DNA of 64,000 nucleotides from a virus (Duplodnaviria > Caudoviricetes). Location: the IMG/VR virus record IMGVR_UViG_3300046170_000323, one strand, 5' to 3'. How positions within the stretch are numbered: the stretch's first letter is position 1; every line of letters starts with the position of its first letter. Position numbers and translations under genes: made by a program. The notes below the pieces were generated by a model. The model saw only the letters and a list, made by a program, of their open reading frames with translations. It was not told the DNA's origin and ran no database searches. This document shows positions 44,271 to 54,401 of the stretch, in pieces.

Positions 44271-45676
44271 CGTGGGCCTCCGCCTGCGTCTTTAGAAGGA
44301 TCCGATGAGTCGTCAGTCGCCATCGTTCCTATACCGTTCATAGATGCAATTTCTCCATTTACAATCGATGTAGACTTCGCAGGTGGTTCAGGCATTTCTG
44401 TCTGATTTGCAACAACTGCATCAGTCGCTTCCGCTGGATCTACATCTTCACTTGAACCATTTGCAAGATCGATGATACCACCGACAGAATCTGCAAAGAT
44501 ATTATCACCCGCTTTCATTGATATATCTGCACCGCTTTGGAATCTAATTGTATCCGTACCTTTGAAGTTCATCCCAACATCGCCTTTTGCTTCTTGGAAT
44601 AAACCACCTTCACTTTCAAAACGAATAACTCCACCAGCTTTCATACTGTGGACTTGGGACTGTTGAGTAAACATTTTCTTAGACGATACGTTAATATCGA
44701 TATCAGATCTAATGTTAAGTTCTTTCTTTGCAAACAGTTCCATCGTAGACACGTTTGCATCTAACATTACATCTGCACCACGCATCTGTAACTGGTCACT
44801 TGCATTTACAAAGAACGATCCACCAACACCAAACTGCGCATTACCACGAACAATCATGTTGTAATCGCCTTCGATCTCTTCAGTCTTATTACCTTTCACA
44901 TAAACATATGCATCATTATCTATGGTAACTATACTAGGGCCTTTAATATAAACATGGTGTTGTCTATCATTTATTTCATATTTGTCACCAACAGACTTAT
45001 GAGTTGTCGTTCCCCTTGAGTCAATTTGGATGTAAGAACCTTCTTTATGTTTAACCATAATACGTTCTGCGCCTGGCGTATCGTCAAGTTCAATACTATG
45101 TGTCGCAGTCTCTATGACACGGTTATATGGATACTTTGTACCATATGCAGGGTTGGGTTCACTCCACGTTATTCTTTCGTCTTCAGGCACATCTGCCTGA
45201 CCTGCAATGTACACATCTTCAACACGGTTCATCTCTTGTTGTAGAACATACGTTTCTTCTAAGTTCTCACCACGTGCAAGTCGAGAGTTCTGTGGTTGAC
45301 CAAAATCTTTTGGTGCAGTTCCTCTTGCATTAATGTGACCATGAAACTGAGGATATACTCCCCACCCATTCTTCTCTGGATCGATTGGTTCCATGTACGG
45401 TGAAGGTATCAAACCAAGCAACATAGGGTGTTGTGCAGTTCTACCATCTAAGAACATTCCATAGACAAAAGAGTTCAAGGGTGGTGGCAGACCATTTGGA
45501 TCATAGTCACCCTTTACAACTGTTGCCCAAGGTAGATCTGGTGTGGGTACTTCTTTGTTGTCTCCATGTATAGAGAATGCACGAACCTGCACTCGTCCCT
45601 CTAGTTGAGGATCGATGTTGTTCTCCACTACTCCCACAAAAAATAGTGGGTTGGTTATACCAATACCTGATTCCAT
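44267..45676 (-). CDS. gp5: Baseplate hub/puncturing protein gp5 (no lysozyme domain)
   Basis: FVGVVENNIDPQLEGRVQVRAF OB-fold start; YPYNRVIET..H.IE.DDTPGAER; beta-helix repeats. Confidence 0.9.
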   Translation of the reverse strand: MESGIGITNPLFFVGVVENNIDPQLEGRVQVRAFSIHGDNKEVPTPDLPWATVVKGDYDPNGLPPPLNSFVYGMFLDGRTAQHPMLLGLIPSPYMEPIDPEKNGWGVYPQFHGHINARGTAPKDFGQPQNSRLARGENLEETYVLQQEMNRVEDVYIAGQADVPEDERITWSEPNPAYGTKYPYNRVIETATHSIELDDTPGAERIMVKHKEGSYIQIDSRGTTTHKSVGDKYEINDRQHHVYIKGPSIVTIDNDAYVYVKGNKTEEIEGDYNMIVRGNAQFGVGGSFFVNASDQLQMRGADVMLDANVSTMELFAKKELNIRSDIDINVSSKKMFTQQSQVHSMKAGGVIRFESEGGLFQEAKGDVGMNFKGTDTIRFQSGADISMKAGDNIFADSVGGIIDLANGSSEDVDPAEATDAVVANQTEMPEPPAKSTSIVNGEIASMNGIGTMATDDSSDPSKDAGGGPR

Positions 45677-47076
45677 TACGGTGCGACCTCCAATTCACGA
45701 AAATCCCCGCTCCAGTCGTACTTTGCGAGAACTATATTTGTATTCATAATATCATTTTTCAATTGATGACTTGTAGACAACACCAAATAATTACCAGACA
45801 ACTGTTGATTATATGGATCTTCTGGTGACTGTTCGATTGTAAACTTTGGAACCTTCACAGAAATCAACTTGCCAGGCGTAATATCTAATCTACCTACTAG
45901 ACTCGCTTGGACAACCGTTCTTCCAAGGTGTGCGCCATACACGGTTCTATTTACCAAGATCTCTTTGAAGTGTTGATCTGCACGTAACGTCTCACCATCT
46001 TCATCATAGTAATCTTTAAACACCAAGAAACGTCTTGCATTTTCTTCAGTGAATGTTTCATTAATAAATTCTTCTGTATGTGGACTTGTTCTGACCGTTG
46101 CTTTCTTACCAGACATATCAATGTAGTCTACATCTTTAACATAGTCGTAGTTAGTGACGTTAACTCTTCTTCTTGTAAAGTCCACTTCATACACTTTGTT
46201 TCGATATGCACCACCCACTAGATCACCCGCTGTATCAACACGTTGTCCCTGTGTGAATGAAGTAAGAGTGTTTGTCTGTATTTCTGTACCATCATTAGGA
46301 TCTTGACTGTTCATTGCATTGAATGCAAATACTTCTACATCCCTAGTGTTATCCATACCACGTTTAACAAGAAACTCATCAGTCACATAGAAAAAACCAT
46401 TGATAGTTTCAAAGAATCGATATGAACATGAAGGCGAGTTTTTACTGAAAGATCTCTGAGAAAGAAAGTTCATTGCATCACTAGGTGTCAAAGACGGCAT
46501 CACCGCTCGCATTCTGCCTTCTGATGGTTGTAAGTAGAAGTGTCTTCCTTTTGAGTTTCGAATCTCAAACTTTTTGGCATCGAAAGGAAGTTCTTCTCTT
46601 CTTTTGATCGTGGATGAACCAGAGGCAGATAACTTCGAATAGTATTTTTGAAATACCGTTCGTGCACACTCAGATGCTTTGATGTCTTTGAATGACTCAC
46701 GCACCCTTCTCTTACCAGCTTCGTAACTTAGTTTTGAAATGAAATTAAGTTGAAAGGCCAAACCTGTCAAGTTTTCTGTGGGAACAACATCAGTGACTGA
46801 TAACACATGACATTTAAGTTCGATTGGTTCTTCCAACTTTAAATCATATGTTTCTAACGTCAGTGTTAAGGTTTCCTCACCTCTTAATTTAAAAGTATTA
46901 TTTTCCAACATGCCTGTGGAGTCGACACACTTGATCATCCCCGACCACGAATCCGAATTGATACTCTGACTCAATTCAAACTGAGTAGTAATACCACTAA
47001 GGTCAAGGAGTTGATCCCCATTAAAGGATTCAATCTCCACCTTTGCGATTGCATATGAGGGGTTAAAGTCTGCCAT
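45676..47076 (-). CDS. Baseplate hub protein (gp27-like)
   Basis: Position upstream of gp5; YRFFET...GFYY and SGNYLVLSTSH motifs of hub proteins. Confidence 0.55.
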   Translation of the reverse strand: MADFNPSYAIAKVEIESFNGDQLLDLSGITTQFELSQSINSDSWSGMIKCVDSTGMLENNTFKLRGEETLTLTLETYDLKLEEPIELKCHVLSVTDVVPTENLTGLAFQLNFISKLSYEAGKRRVRESFKDIKASECARTVFQKYYSKLSASGSSTIKRREELPFDAKKFEIRNSKGRHFYLQPSEGRMRAVMPSLTPSDAMNFLSQRSFSKNSPSCSYRFFETINGFFYVTDEFLVKRGMDNTRDVEVFAFNAMNSQDPNDGTEIQTNTLTSFTQGQRVDTAGDLVGGAYRNKVYEVDFTRRRVNVTNYDYVKDVDYIDMSGKKATVRTSPHTEEFINETFTEENARRFLVFKDYYDEDGETLRADQHFKEILVNRTVYGAHLGRTVVQASLVGRLDITPGKLISVKVPKFTIEQSPEDPYNQQLSGNYLVLSTSHQLKNDIMNTNIVLAKYDWSGDFRELEVAP

Positions 47077-47339
47077 TAGGTTTCGTCAGCACGTATAGTT
47101 TCTTTGAACTCTCTCGTAATCTGAGGGAGAAATCTGTTATCAAAAAGAAATATTTCTTTCTTGGATTCGTTTCTGTCTTTTTCGTAATCGTAGATACGGT
47201 ATTCAATCCATTCTTCTGGAATGATACGTTTAATAATGATCTTACGACCCTGTTCTGTTAGGAGAATAACTCTGTCTTCTCTACGCAAGTAAATCGTTCT
47301 GAACGATTCTGGTGCAAGAATTACCTGATCAACTGCCAT
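47076..47339 (-). CDS. gp53 C-terminal-like separate ORF
   Basis: YDYEKDRNESKKEI resembles the gp53 C-terminus; has its own GAGG SD. Confidence 0.6.
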   Translation of the reverse strand: MAVDQVILAPESFRTIYLRREDRVILLTEQGRKIIIKRIIPEEWIEYRIYDYEKDRNESKKEIFLFDNRFLPQITREFKETIRADET

Positions 47340-47342
47340 CTG

Positions 47343-47720
47343 TTATACCTCTTTATAATAATAAACGATATTATCAGTGATAGTATCATCTTTAGTCCAG
47401 TCAACAACATCGTCGCCTGTTTCACCAGATAGTTCTTCATACTTGGCGATAAGATAGTTATTAAAGGTTTCTTCGTCCATTGGCCATTCATAGTACGGAT
47501 CAACAATTTGATTCGCCATGTACACCAACCAACTATAATCTACAGAACCATAATAGAACTGCGCAATATCTTCTGCACGTTCATTTTGTTTTACTGTATA
47601 TGGAAGAAACAACATTGGGTTAGTCGTGAGCGTTTTGACGAGTTGATTACGTCTTGTGATGTCACGCATAACTTTACCGTTGTATTCAACGATTGGAAAG
47701 TTTTCAAAATATTTTGCCAT
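47343..47720 (-). CDS. gp53: Baseplate wedge subunit gp53 (LysM-like part)
   Basis: YFENFPIVEY...ERAEDIAQFYYGSVDYSWLVYMANQIVDPYYEWP signature. Confidence 0.85.
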   Translation of the reverse strand: MAKYFENFPIVEYNGKVMRDITRRNQLVKTLTTNPMLFLPYTVKQNERAEDIAQFYYGSVDYSWLVYMANQIVDPYYEWPMDEETFNNYLIAKYEELSGETGDDVVDWTKDDTITDNIVYYYKEV

Positions 47721-47735
47721 GTCTTTACCTTTTGT

Positions 47736-48836
47736 TTAGAAACTATCAGGCAACTGATTCGCTTGTGCATTGATTGCTGCACGATCAAGACTTTGATCTA
47801 CATCTTCTCTTGTGTGTGCAGACAATTCTGAGAATTCCATATTCAATGTTACAGAACCAGGCGCACCACCCTGCATGATAGGAACAGTACCTGCTGCATT
47901 TTCATAACTTACGTTTACTGCTTTAATCATACATGGTTTGAATTTAGGAAAGTACTGGTTGTTAGTTCCGATTAGTTTAATTTCTACGATAGATGGATAC
48001 TTCAAGAATGTACGTTCAAATACGCCTGGCACAAGATCCTTAACTTCTGGTAGGGCATTACGTTTACATGTCTTGATAATCTGATCGATTGTTTGTGTTT
48101 CAGTTGCATTAGAAGGATAGAGTTCCCATGAAAAACTATAGTTCTTCATATCAACACCTTCAAACGCAAGTGCTTCTTTAGGGTTGACAACATTACCTTG
48201 GACGAGATCAATAGTTCTTGCAACGTCTCCACCAAGTTTACTAACTACACCTCTCATTAAGTATGCAGCCGCAGATGTTGCCGCTTCACCTTCGATACCT
48301 GCTACTTTACCTAATACATTACTTACTGCATTGGTGAAAGTACCCATTGCATTTTTACGACCTTCCGCAGTCGCCATACTAGCCCCCGCCGATTGTATCG
48401 CACCTGCAATATCGCCTGCGGCGCCTGCGAGTCCTGATCCTATTGATCCCAGAGTTCCATCACCTATACCACCACCTGTACCTTTGTATATCGCATTGGT
48501 AACCGCTTCAGTGATTGCTTCTCTTTCAAATGCATTGAGTCTCACGGATGTATTGTCTTGTAACTGTTTTGGAAAAGGCAACTCGACAGAACCAAAAGAA
48601 CTAATGGACGTACTAATTGCTCGGTTTCGATCTGCAATAGATCTACCGACTCCACGTTGTCGTGTCTCAAAATATGATGCATTATTGTTTTGTCTTGTAT
48701 ACCCACTATAGTCGTATTCCTTGAAAACGAACATGATAGAATGTGCCGTTTTATTTTCTGGAAACGAGAATAGAGTAGGGTTACGTCTGTACGCATCTTT
48801 AAGACGTGCAACCTCTGGTCTGTAACTTCCTGCCAT
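47736..48836 (-). CDS. gp48: Baseplate tail-tube cap gp48
   Basis: NPKEALAFEGVDMKNYSFSWELYPSNATE...LKYPSI...VNVSY motifs. Confidence 0.85.
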   Translation of the reverse strand: MAGSYRPEVARLKDAYRRNPTLFSFPENKTAHSIMFVFKEYDYSGYTRQNNNASYFETRQRGVGRSIADRNRAISTSISSFGSVELPFPKQLQDNTSVRLNAFEREAITEAVTNAIYKGTGGGIGDGTLGSIGSGLAGAAGDIAGAIQSAGASMATAEGRKNAMGTFTNAVSNVLGKVAGIEGEAATSAAAYLMRGVVSKLGGDVARTIDLVQGNVVNPKEALAFEGVDMKNYSFSWELYPSNATETQTIDQIIKTCKRNALPEVKDLVPGVFERTFLKYPSIVEIKLIGTNNQYFPKFKPCMIKAVNVSYENAAGTVPIMQGGAPGSVTLNMEFSELSAHTREDVDQSLDRAAINAQANQLPDSF

Positions 48837-48849
48837 TTTGTTTAAACCT

Positions 48850-48878
48850 TATAAATACACTGTGTAAACCTATTTATA
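48850..48878. promoter_or_regulatory. Face-to-face pair of late promoters TATAAATA (+, 48850-57) and TATAAATA (-, 48871-78)
   Basis: Exact consensus on both strands between divergent gp48 and gp4. Confidence 0.85.
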
Positions 48879-48898
48879 ACCAAAATGTGAAATTGAAA

Positions 48899-49360
48899 AT
48901 GGCATATAGTGGAAGATTCCGCCCGAAGAACCCTAGCAAGTACAAAGGCGACCCATCTAAGATTATTTATCGTAGTATGTGGGAAGTAAAATTCTTTAAG
49001 TGGTGTGACGAACATCCTGATACAATTTGGTGGCAATCTGAGGAATTGATGGTTCCTTACATGTCTCCATTAGACAATAAGATGCATCGATACTTTCCAG
49101 ATGTAATTGTAAAAATGAAACAACGTGAGGGTGCACCAAAGACGATCATGGTTGAAATAAAACCATACAAACAAACGAGACCACCAGATCCAAGGAAAAA
49201 GAATGCAACCCCTACTGGACGTGTCTCTCGTAGATATCTTAACGAGGTTAAGACTTGGGGTGTAAATGATGCGAAGTGGAAGGCAGCGAGAAGGTTCTGC
49301 CACCAACGTGGATGGGAATTTGTAATAATGACGGAGAAAGAACTCAACATCAAGTATTAG
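48899..49360 (+). CDS. gp4: Head completion nuclease gp4
   Basis: MAYSGRFRPKNPSKYKGD...YRSMWE...YFPD...VEIKPYKQT signature; ATG at 48899. Confidence 0.95.
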   Translation: MAYSGRFRPKNPSKYKGDPSKIIYRSMWEVKFFKWCDEHPDTIWWQSEELMVPYMSPLDNKMHRYFPDVIVKMKQREGAPKTIMVEIKPYKQTRPPDPRKKNATPTGRVSRRYLNEVKTWGVNDAKWKAARRFCHQRGWEFVIMTEKELNIKY

Positions 49361-49368
49361 GAACGACC

Positions 49369-49791
49369 ATGAACAGGTGGCCAAGGTACACACTATATGA
49401 CGATAACGATAAAGTTGTGTTAATTACCACATACAAAGAAATATATAATGAATACAAGAAAAGAAACGCAAAGGCAGAAGACATGATCAGATTAACAAAG
49501 TTTATCGACGAGGGAGTCAAATTAAAACTCATTCGTGGAAAAGATCAGGATGTTCTGAAGATGTGGAACAAGGGAGATCGTAAGTGGGTTGAACTGAGAG
49601 GAAAGCCTGGATTCGAAAGAAAGTACGATCCAAAGGATCCACTCCATCGTGCAATTACTGCCTTAGGAAAATCCGCAAGTATATCAGACTTTGTGAATGG
49701 TACTGAGGTTAGTATAAACCCGAAACACCCAGATGGCAAGCGTGCATTAGATACAATAAAGAAATTAATGGACGAACATGCAATCAGATAA
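49369..49791 (+). CDS. Hypothetical protein; the internal start 49483 carries a capsid-targeting-like leader
   Basis: Track ORF 49276-49791; probable starts at ATG 49369 and 49483 (MIRLTKFIDE). Confidence 0.6.
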   Translation: MNRWPRYTLYDDNDKVVLITTYKEIYNEYKKRNAKAEDMIRLTKFIDEGVKLKLIRGKDQDVLKMWNKGDRKWVELRGKPGFERKYDPKDPLHRAITALGKSASISDFVNGTEVSINPKHPDGKRALDTIKKLMDEHAIR

Positions 49792-49897
49792 ACCCATTTG
49801 CACAACCTGTGGACACCCATGTCATCGTGGTAAAGATTGTCCCGATTGTATAAATGACGTTTGTTTTAAATGTAAATGTAAAGACTGTAAGGACTAG
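49778..49897 (+). CDS. 39-aa Cys-rich metallothionein-like peptide (not in the ORF track)
   Basis: MQSDKPICTTCGHPCHRGKDCPDCINDVCFKCKCKDCKD*. 9 Cys and 2 His; fills the gap exactly, ending 2 nt before the gp2 ATG. Confidence 0.7.
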   Translation: MQSDKPICTTCGHPCHRGKDCPDCINDVCFKCKCKDCKD

Positions 49898-49899
49898 AA

Positions 49900-50508
49900 A
49901 TGGCAGCATCATTATTTAATGATATACTTTTAAGAGGTATTCGTTCGGGACAAGTGCCTGCACGTACTGATGCCGCACGTAAGTGGTACAGAGATACTGC
50001 GCAGAAGTCTGTTAAGAATGGCCCGATAAATGCAGGTAGAGTAGAACGTGAATTAAAAGACAGAGGTGCAAACACATCTGCAGTAGGTAATATGTACTTC
50101 TTTGCGTATGAGGCAAAACATGCAAAGACATTACCTTACTACGATAAGTTCCCTCTGATATTCCCAATTGGCCCTGCACCAAAAGGATTCATGGGCATTA
50201 ACATGCACTATTTACCACCTATTTTACGTGCAAAGTTAATGGATGGTCTTTACGACACCATTACAAACGATAAGTATGATACGAGTACAAAATTAGATTT
50301 ATCATATAAACTTTTAAACAGTGCGTCTAAGTTCAGAGAATTTAAACCCACTATCAAACACTATCTGACTGCTCAGACAAGATCAAGGTTTTTTTATGTT
50401 AATCCTGTGGAGTGGGACATTGCATTGTTCCTACCAACTGCGAACTTCGTTGGTGCAAGTAAAAACAAAGTATACGCTGATAGTCGTAAAATCATAAGGA
50501 ACGGATAA
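49900..50508 (+). CDS. gp2: DNA end protector gp2
   Basis: GNMYFFAYEAKHAKTLPYYDKFPLIFPI...GINMHYLPP signature. Confidence 0.95.
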   Translation: MAASLFNDILLRGIRSGQVPARTDAARKWYRDTAQKSVKNGPINAGRVERELKDRGANTSAVGNMYFFAYEAKHAKTLPYYDKFPLIFPIGPAPKGFMGINMHYLPPILRAKLMDGLYDTITNDKYDTSTKLDLSYKLLNSASKFREFKPTIKHYLTAQTRSRFFYVNPVEWDIALFLPTANFVGASKNKVYADSRKIIRNG

Positions 50509-51288
50509 TGGCATTTCGCATATCGGAATTCAAATCAACATTTGATCAGTTTGGTGGCCCTGCACATGCGAACTTGTTTCAAGTTACTATAACAGGTTAC
50601 CCAAACAATGTCAACTCATTGTTGGGATCAAAAGAACTCACGTTCTTCTGTAAGACGGCACAGATCCCCTCTGTAAGTCTTAATGTTGCGAACTACGAGG
50701 CAGTTGCAAGTCTCCCTAAACAGTTCCCTATGTCTGTTCAGAATACACAAATCAATACAATTTTTATGATTGATAGTGATCATGAGATATTGAAGTTCTT
50801 CCACTCTTGGATGCAGAATGTAATCAATATCGGAACTGCAGGTGGCAACCTGTCTGAAGACAATGGTAAACTTCCGTATGAGATTGGATACAAAGATGAG
50901 TATTCATGTCGTCTAAGTATACGTCACTTCTCAACGGATCACGATCCAAGTAGATTCTATGAAGTCATACTAGACAAAGCATGGCCTTCTCAGATTGGTG
51001 ATCTGGATATGGCATGGGAAACAAACGATCAGTTCCTCACACTTCCAGTTGCATTTTCATATGATAGAATCGAATACTCTGGTTTGAGGACCAGGCTCAC
51101 CAACATCAAGACTAGGACGTGGTTCTGGTTTCTTTGATATCCTTGGTGCAGTTGCAGGTTTTGCTGGAGTGGTACAACAAACCGTTAATCAAGGGTTTTC
51201 TAATGTATCAAGTATACAAGATGCTGTGAACAGGTTCCAGCGTGTTAATAATTCCTTCGACAATTTGAGTCGGAGTATAGGTCTATAG
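50508..51288 (+). CDS. gp54: Baseplate tail-tube initiator (gp54-like); +1 frameshift at ~51089
   Basis: Tail-tube-fold motifs. Frame resumes PGSPTSRLGRGSGFFDILGAVAG...SIGL*; span 3n+1. Confidence 0.65.
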
Positions 51289-51303
51289 TAAGGAGAATAT
51301 ATT

Positions 51304-52005
51304 ATGGCTTTACCTAAAATTGATCTACCACTTTTTGAATTGAAACTTCCTTCAACTGGTAGAAAAGTAAAATACAGACCGTTTACGGTCAAAGAAGAAA
51401 AGATTCTTTTGGTTGCACAAGAGTCAAATGACCGTGAACAAGAACTACTAGCGGCAAAACAAATTGTGAATAACTGTCTGGTTAAAACAGATATTTCTAA
51501 ACTCGCAATGTTTGATTTGGAATATGTACTTCTTGTGCTACGTTCAAGATCTGTAGATAACGCAATTAAGTTTACTATCGGAGATCCTGATACAAAAGAG
51601 AGAGTTGAGATGGAAATCAACATTGACGATGTTAAAATTGTCAAGGATAAAGAACATTCCAAACGTGTAAGAATTAATGATGAATATACTTTGTTTTTAA
51701 AGTATCCTACCATCGATCAGTTCACACAAATCATCACAATGGATGCAACTGACCCTCTTGTAAACTATTACATTATGACATCTTCGCTGGATCAAATTGC
51801 ATCTGAAGAAGAAACGCACAAGTTCTCTGACTATTCGCAAGAAGAGGTTGATGACTTTATGAACGATATGACGGCAGATGTGATGAAAGAAATTCAAAAG
51901 TTCTTTGAAACAATGCCTAAACTTCGTCATGAAATGAAGTATACCAATAGTGAAGGTACTGAAAAGACATTTGTAATAGAAGGAATGAGATCTTTTTTCG
52001 CCTAG
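51304..52005 (+). CDS. gp26: Baseplate hub subunit gp26
   Basis: MALPKIDLP...LPSTGRKVKYRPFTVKEEKILL...LRSRSV signature. Confidence 0.95.
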   Translation: MALPKIDLPLFELKLPSTGRKVKYRPFTVKEEKILLVAQESNDREQELLAAKQIVNNCLVKTDISKLAMFDLEYVLLVLRSRSVDNAIKFTIGDPDTKERVEMEINIDDVKIVKDKEHSKRVRINDEYTLFLKYPTIDQFTQIITMDATDPLVNYYIMTSSLDQIASEEETHKFSDYSQEEVDDFMNDMTADVMKEIQKFFETMPKLRHEMKYTNSEGTEKTFVIEGMRSFFA

Positions 52006-52187
52006 TGCTGTGTCACATGAGTCTGAAAGAATATTATCAAATAGTCTTTTCATTGGTGCAGCATCATAAATACTCAATATCAGACGTAGAAAATTTATTA
52101 CCTTATGAACGTGACCTTTATTTTGCGATGTTAGTACAGTTTTTAGAAAAACAAAAAGAAGAACAACGAATGCAGTCGGGAAAGTAA
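52005..52187 (+). CDS. gp51: Baseplate hub assembly protein gp51
   Basis: YYQIVFSLVQHHKYSISDVENLLPYERDLY signature. Confidence 0.9.
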   Translation: MLCHMSLKEYYQIVFSLVQHHKYSISDVENLLPYERDLYFAMLVQFLEKQKEEQRMQSGK

Positions 52188-54040
52188 ATGGCAATAAGTG
52201 CAGAAACAGAAGCGATCATTGATCGTTTAAAAGCAGAAGGTCAGTTGACTCGCAATAGCGGTAGTCACTCTATTCGCTCTGTCAAAATACAACTCGAAAA
52301 GTTCGAAGGTGTATTCAATTCCATCTCTGGAAATATTGCGGAACAGACACAACTGTTGCGCAAACAGATGGGCATTCAAGAAGAAGCAATCGAAAGACAA
52401 CAGAGAAGAGACGACCTCAACGAGTTGCAACCACCAGTTCAACCCGAAATCGAAGAGCCTGAAACAGATACAACTATCACTGATAGTAATGGTAAGAAGT
52501 CAAAAGGTCTCATAGAAATGATTTCTGGATTTGGTGGAAGTCTTCTAGGAATGATGAAACCACTTCTTCTTGGTTCTGCAGGTTTGTTTGTTGCATATAA
52601 CTTTGCAAAAGGATTTATTGACGAGAAGACAGGTGGTGGATTCACTGCCTTTGAAACCTCAATGATCAAGACCTTTAAAGAAGTTGACTGGTCTGCACTT
52701 GGAACTTCTTTTGTAACCTTTGCAACCAAAATTCCAGAAGCAGTTACTGCAATCACTGATTTTATCTCAAGTCCATTAGGGATGATTCTTGCAGGCGCAG
52801 GTTTGACTGCCGCCGGTATCATGTCTGGATTTGCAGGCGGTGCACTTGCAAAAGGTGTTACTGCTGGTATTATTCAAGGTGTATTAGGTGCTGGCGGTGG
52901 TGGAGGGCCCTGCTGGACAAGGTGCGCCTGCAGGGTTGTTGAACCTAAGAAAAGTATTAAAGGTTTCTGCACTGGGTGCGTTAACTGGTGCACTTGTTTT
53001 CTATGGAGAAGATATCAGTAATTGGTTACAAACTCAAGGCATGTCAGAAGGATGGGCAGATTTCGCTGTTGATAGTGCGACTGCAATATCTGGAGCACTC
53101 ACACTTGGTGCAATGTTTGGGGCCGCCAGGGTTGCTTGTTGGTGCAGTAGCAGGTATTGCGTATGTTGCAGGGAAGACCTTATACAATTGGTTTAAGAGA
53201 AACCAAGCGGATGCAGAGAAAAAACTCGCAGACCGACTTGCACTTGCAGATATTCTAGAAGGTAATCTTGGATCATTAGAAAATTATGATGATGCTGTAT
53301 TAAGAGCTGCAAGAATGAAAAGACCAAATACAGAAGGCGTAGCTGGATCTGCAAGCGCAGACAAGTTTACCAAAACAACTGATGCAGAACAAATGGCAAT
53401 CGCTGCTAACTTGTACGACGACTTTGATGAAGTGCTTCAACAGGCTGCAGAAGGGGATAAAGCTGCTGTTAATGATGTAATCAAGATGTTAGATCAAGCG
53501 ACCATTCAAAGATTCATCGACAGATTTGGCCCCATGATGGCGGCACAAAGAGGTCAACTTACGATGTTGGGTGACAATCTAGGTGATGTTGAAGATGATG
53601 AGGCGTACAATAAATTCTTTAGTCAACTTGAAGAGTTGAATAAGTTTGTTGAACTGTCTGGTAACGATACGGCGATCCTAACCATGCGCAACGAATTGCG
53701 TAATGGTATACTGAGATCGTTCCAAGGCATTACGTCTACTTCTGAAGACTTCGAATTCCTAACAGATGATCAAAAGAGAATACTCAAAGCGCTGGAAGAA
53801 ATAATGAACGGCGGGCCTGCGGCACAAAAACTGAGTTCACTGGCAGGAAGTGCTGCTACACAACAGATGTTAGCAGATGCCGCCATGGGGAATAGTGGTA
53901 CAAACGTGGTGATTGGAAAAGTTGGTGGGGATACGATCCAAAATACTCAGATCACTAAAGGTGGTGCAGTAAATATTGCAGACGTTAAATCCTACAACCA
54001 GACTGGCAATCCAATGAGTCCTATGAAACTAAGTGGTTAA
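52188..54040 (+). CDS. Tape-measure/hub protein (gp29-like), ~616 aa; +1 frameshifts at ~52906 and ~53119
   Basis: Three ORF fragments join at GGAGGGCCC and TTTGGGGCC; span 3n+2. Ala/Gly-rich helical protein following gp51. Confidence 0.7.
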
Positions 54041-54222
54041 CCACCCACATAGGTTTTATTCTTTGGACGATACCAATTTTTTTGATGGTACATCTTGGCC
54101 AAAAGTTCGTTGATAACTTGTTTTTCTTTTGGGTCTGCTGCAAACATGCGAAAACGCAGAGCAGTTTCAATCTGCTCTACGTCACGAACGTTTAGTTTAA
54201 ATTTTTCATTGGGTTTATTCAT
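54037..54222 (-). CDS. Small hypothetical protein (61 aa)
   Basis: ORF downstream of a late promoter. Confidence 0.6.
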   Translation of the reverse strand: MNKPNEKFKLNVRDVEQIETALRFRMFAADPKEKQVINELLAKMYHQKNWYRPKNKTYVGG

Positions 54223-54227
54223 GAAAA

Positions 54228-54401
54228 TTATTTATATAGTTTTTTGATTTCCATCATACACGCTTTCGATTCCTCGTGCATACCCATCCTTGCGAGTTCC
54301 GAAGCCGCTCTGCTGTAACCCATCATCTGGGTATACCGATCTAAGGAAGACCACAATCCCGACAACGGTGAGAAAACATAGTTTGCTACTAATGTTGTCA
54401 T
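54228..54401 (-). CDS. Small protein, possible divergent DUF1127-like paralog
   Basis: TAATG-coupled to the upstream DUF1127 gene; GYSRAASELARMG helix. Confidence 0.55.
   Translation of the reverse strand: MTTLVANYVFSPLSGLWSSLDRYTQMMGYSRAASELARMGMHEESKACMMEIKKLYK
54229..54236 (-). promoter_or_regulatory. Late promoter TATAAATA
   Basis: Exact consensus 6 nt upstream of the 54222 start. Confidence 0.6.
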
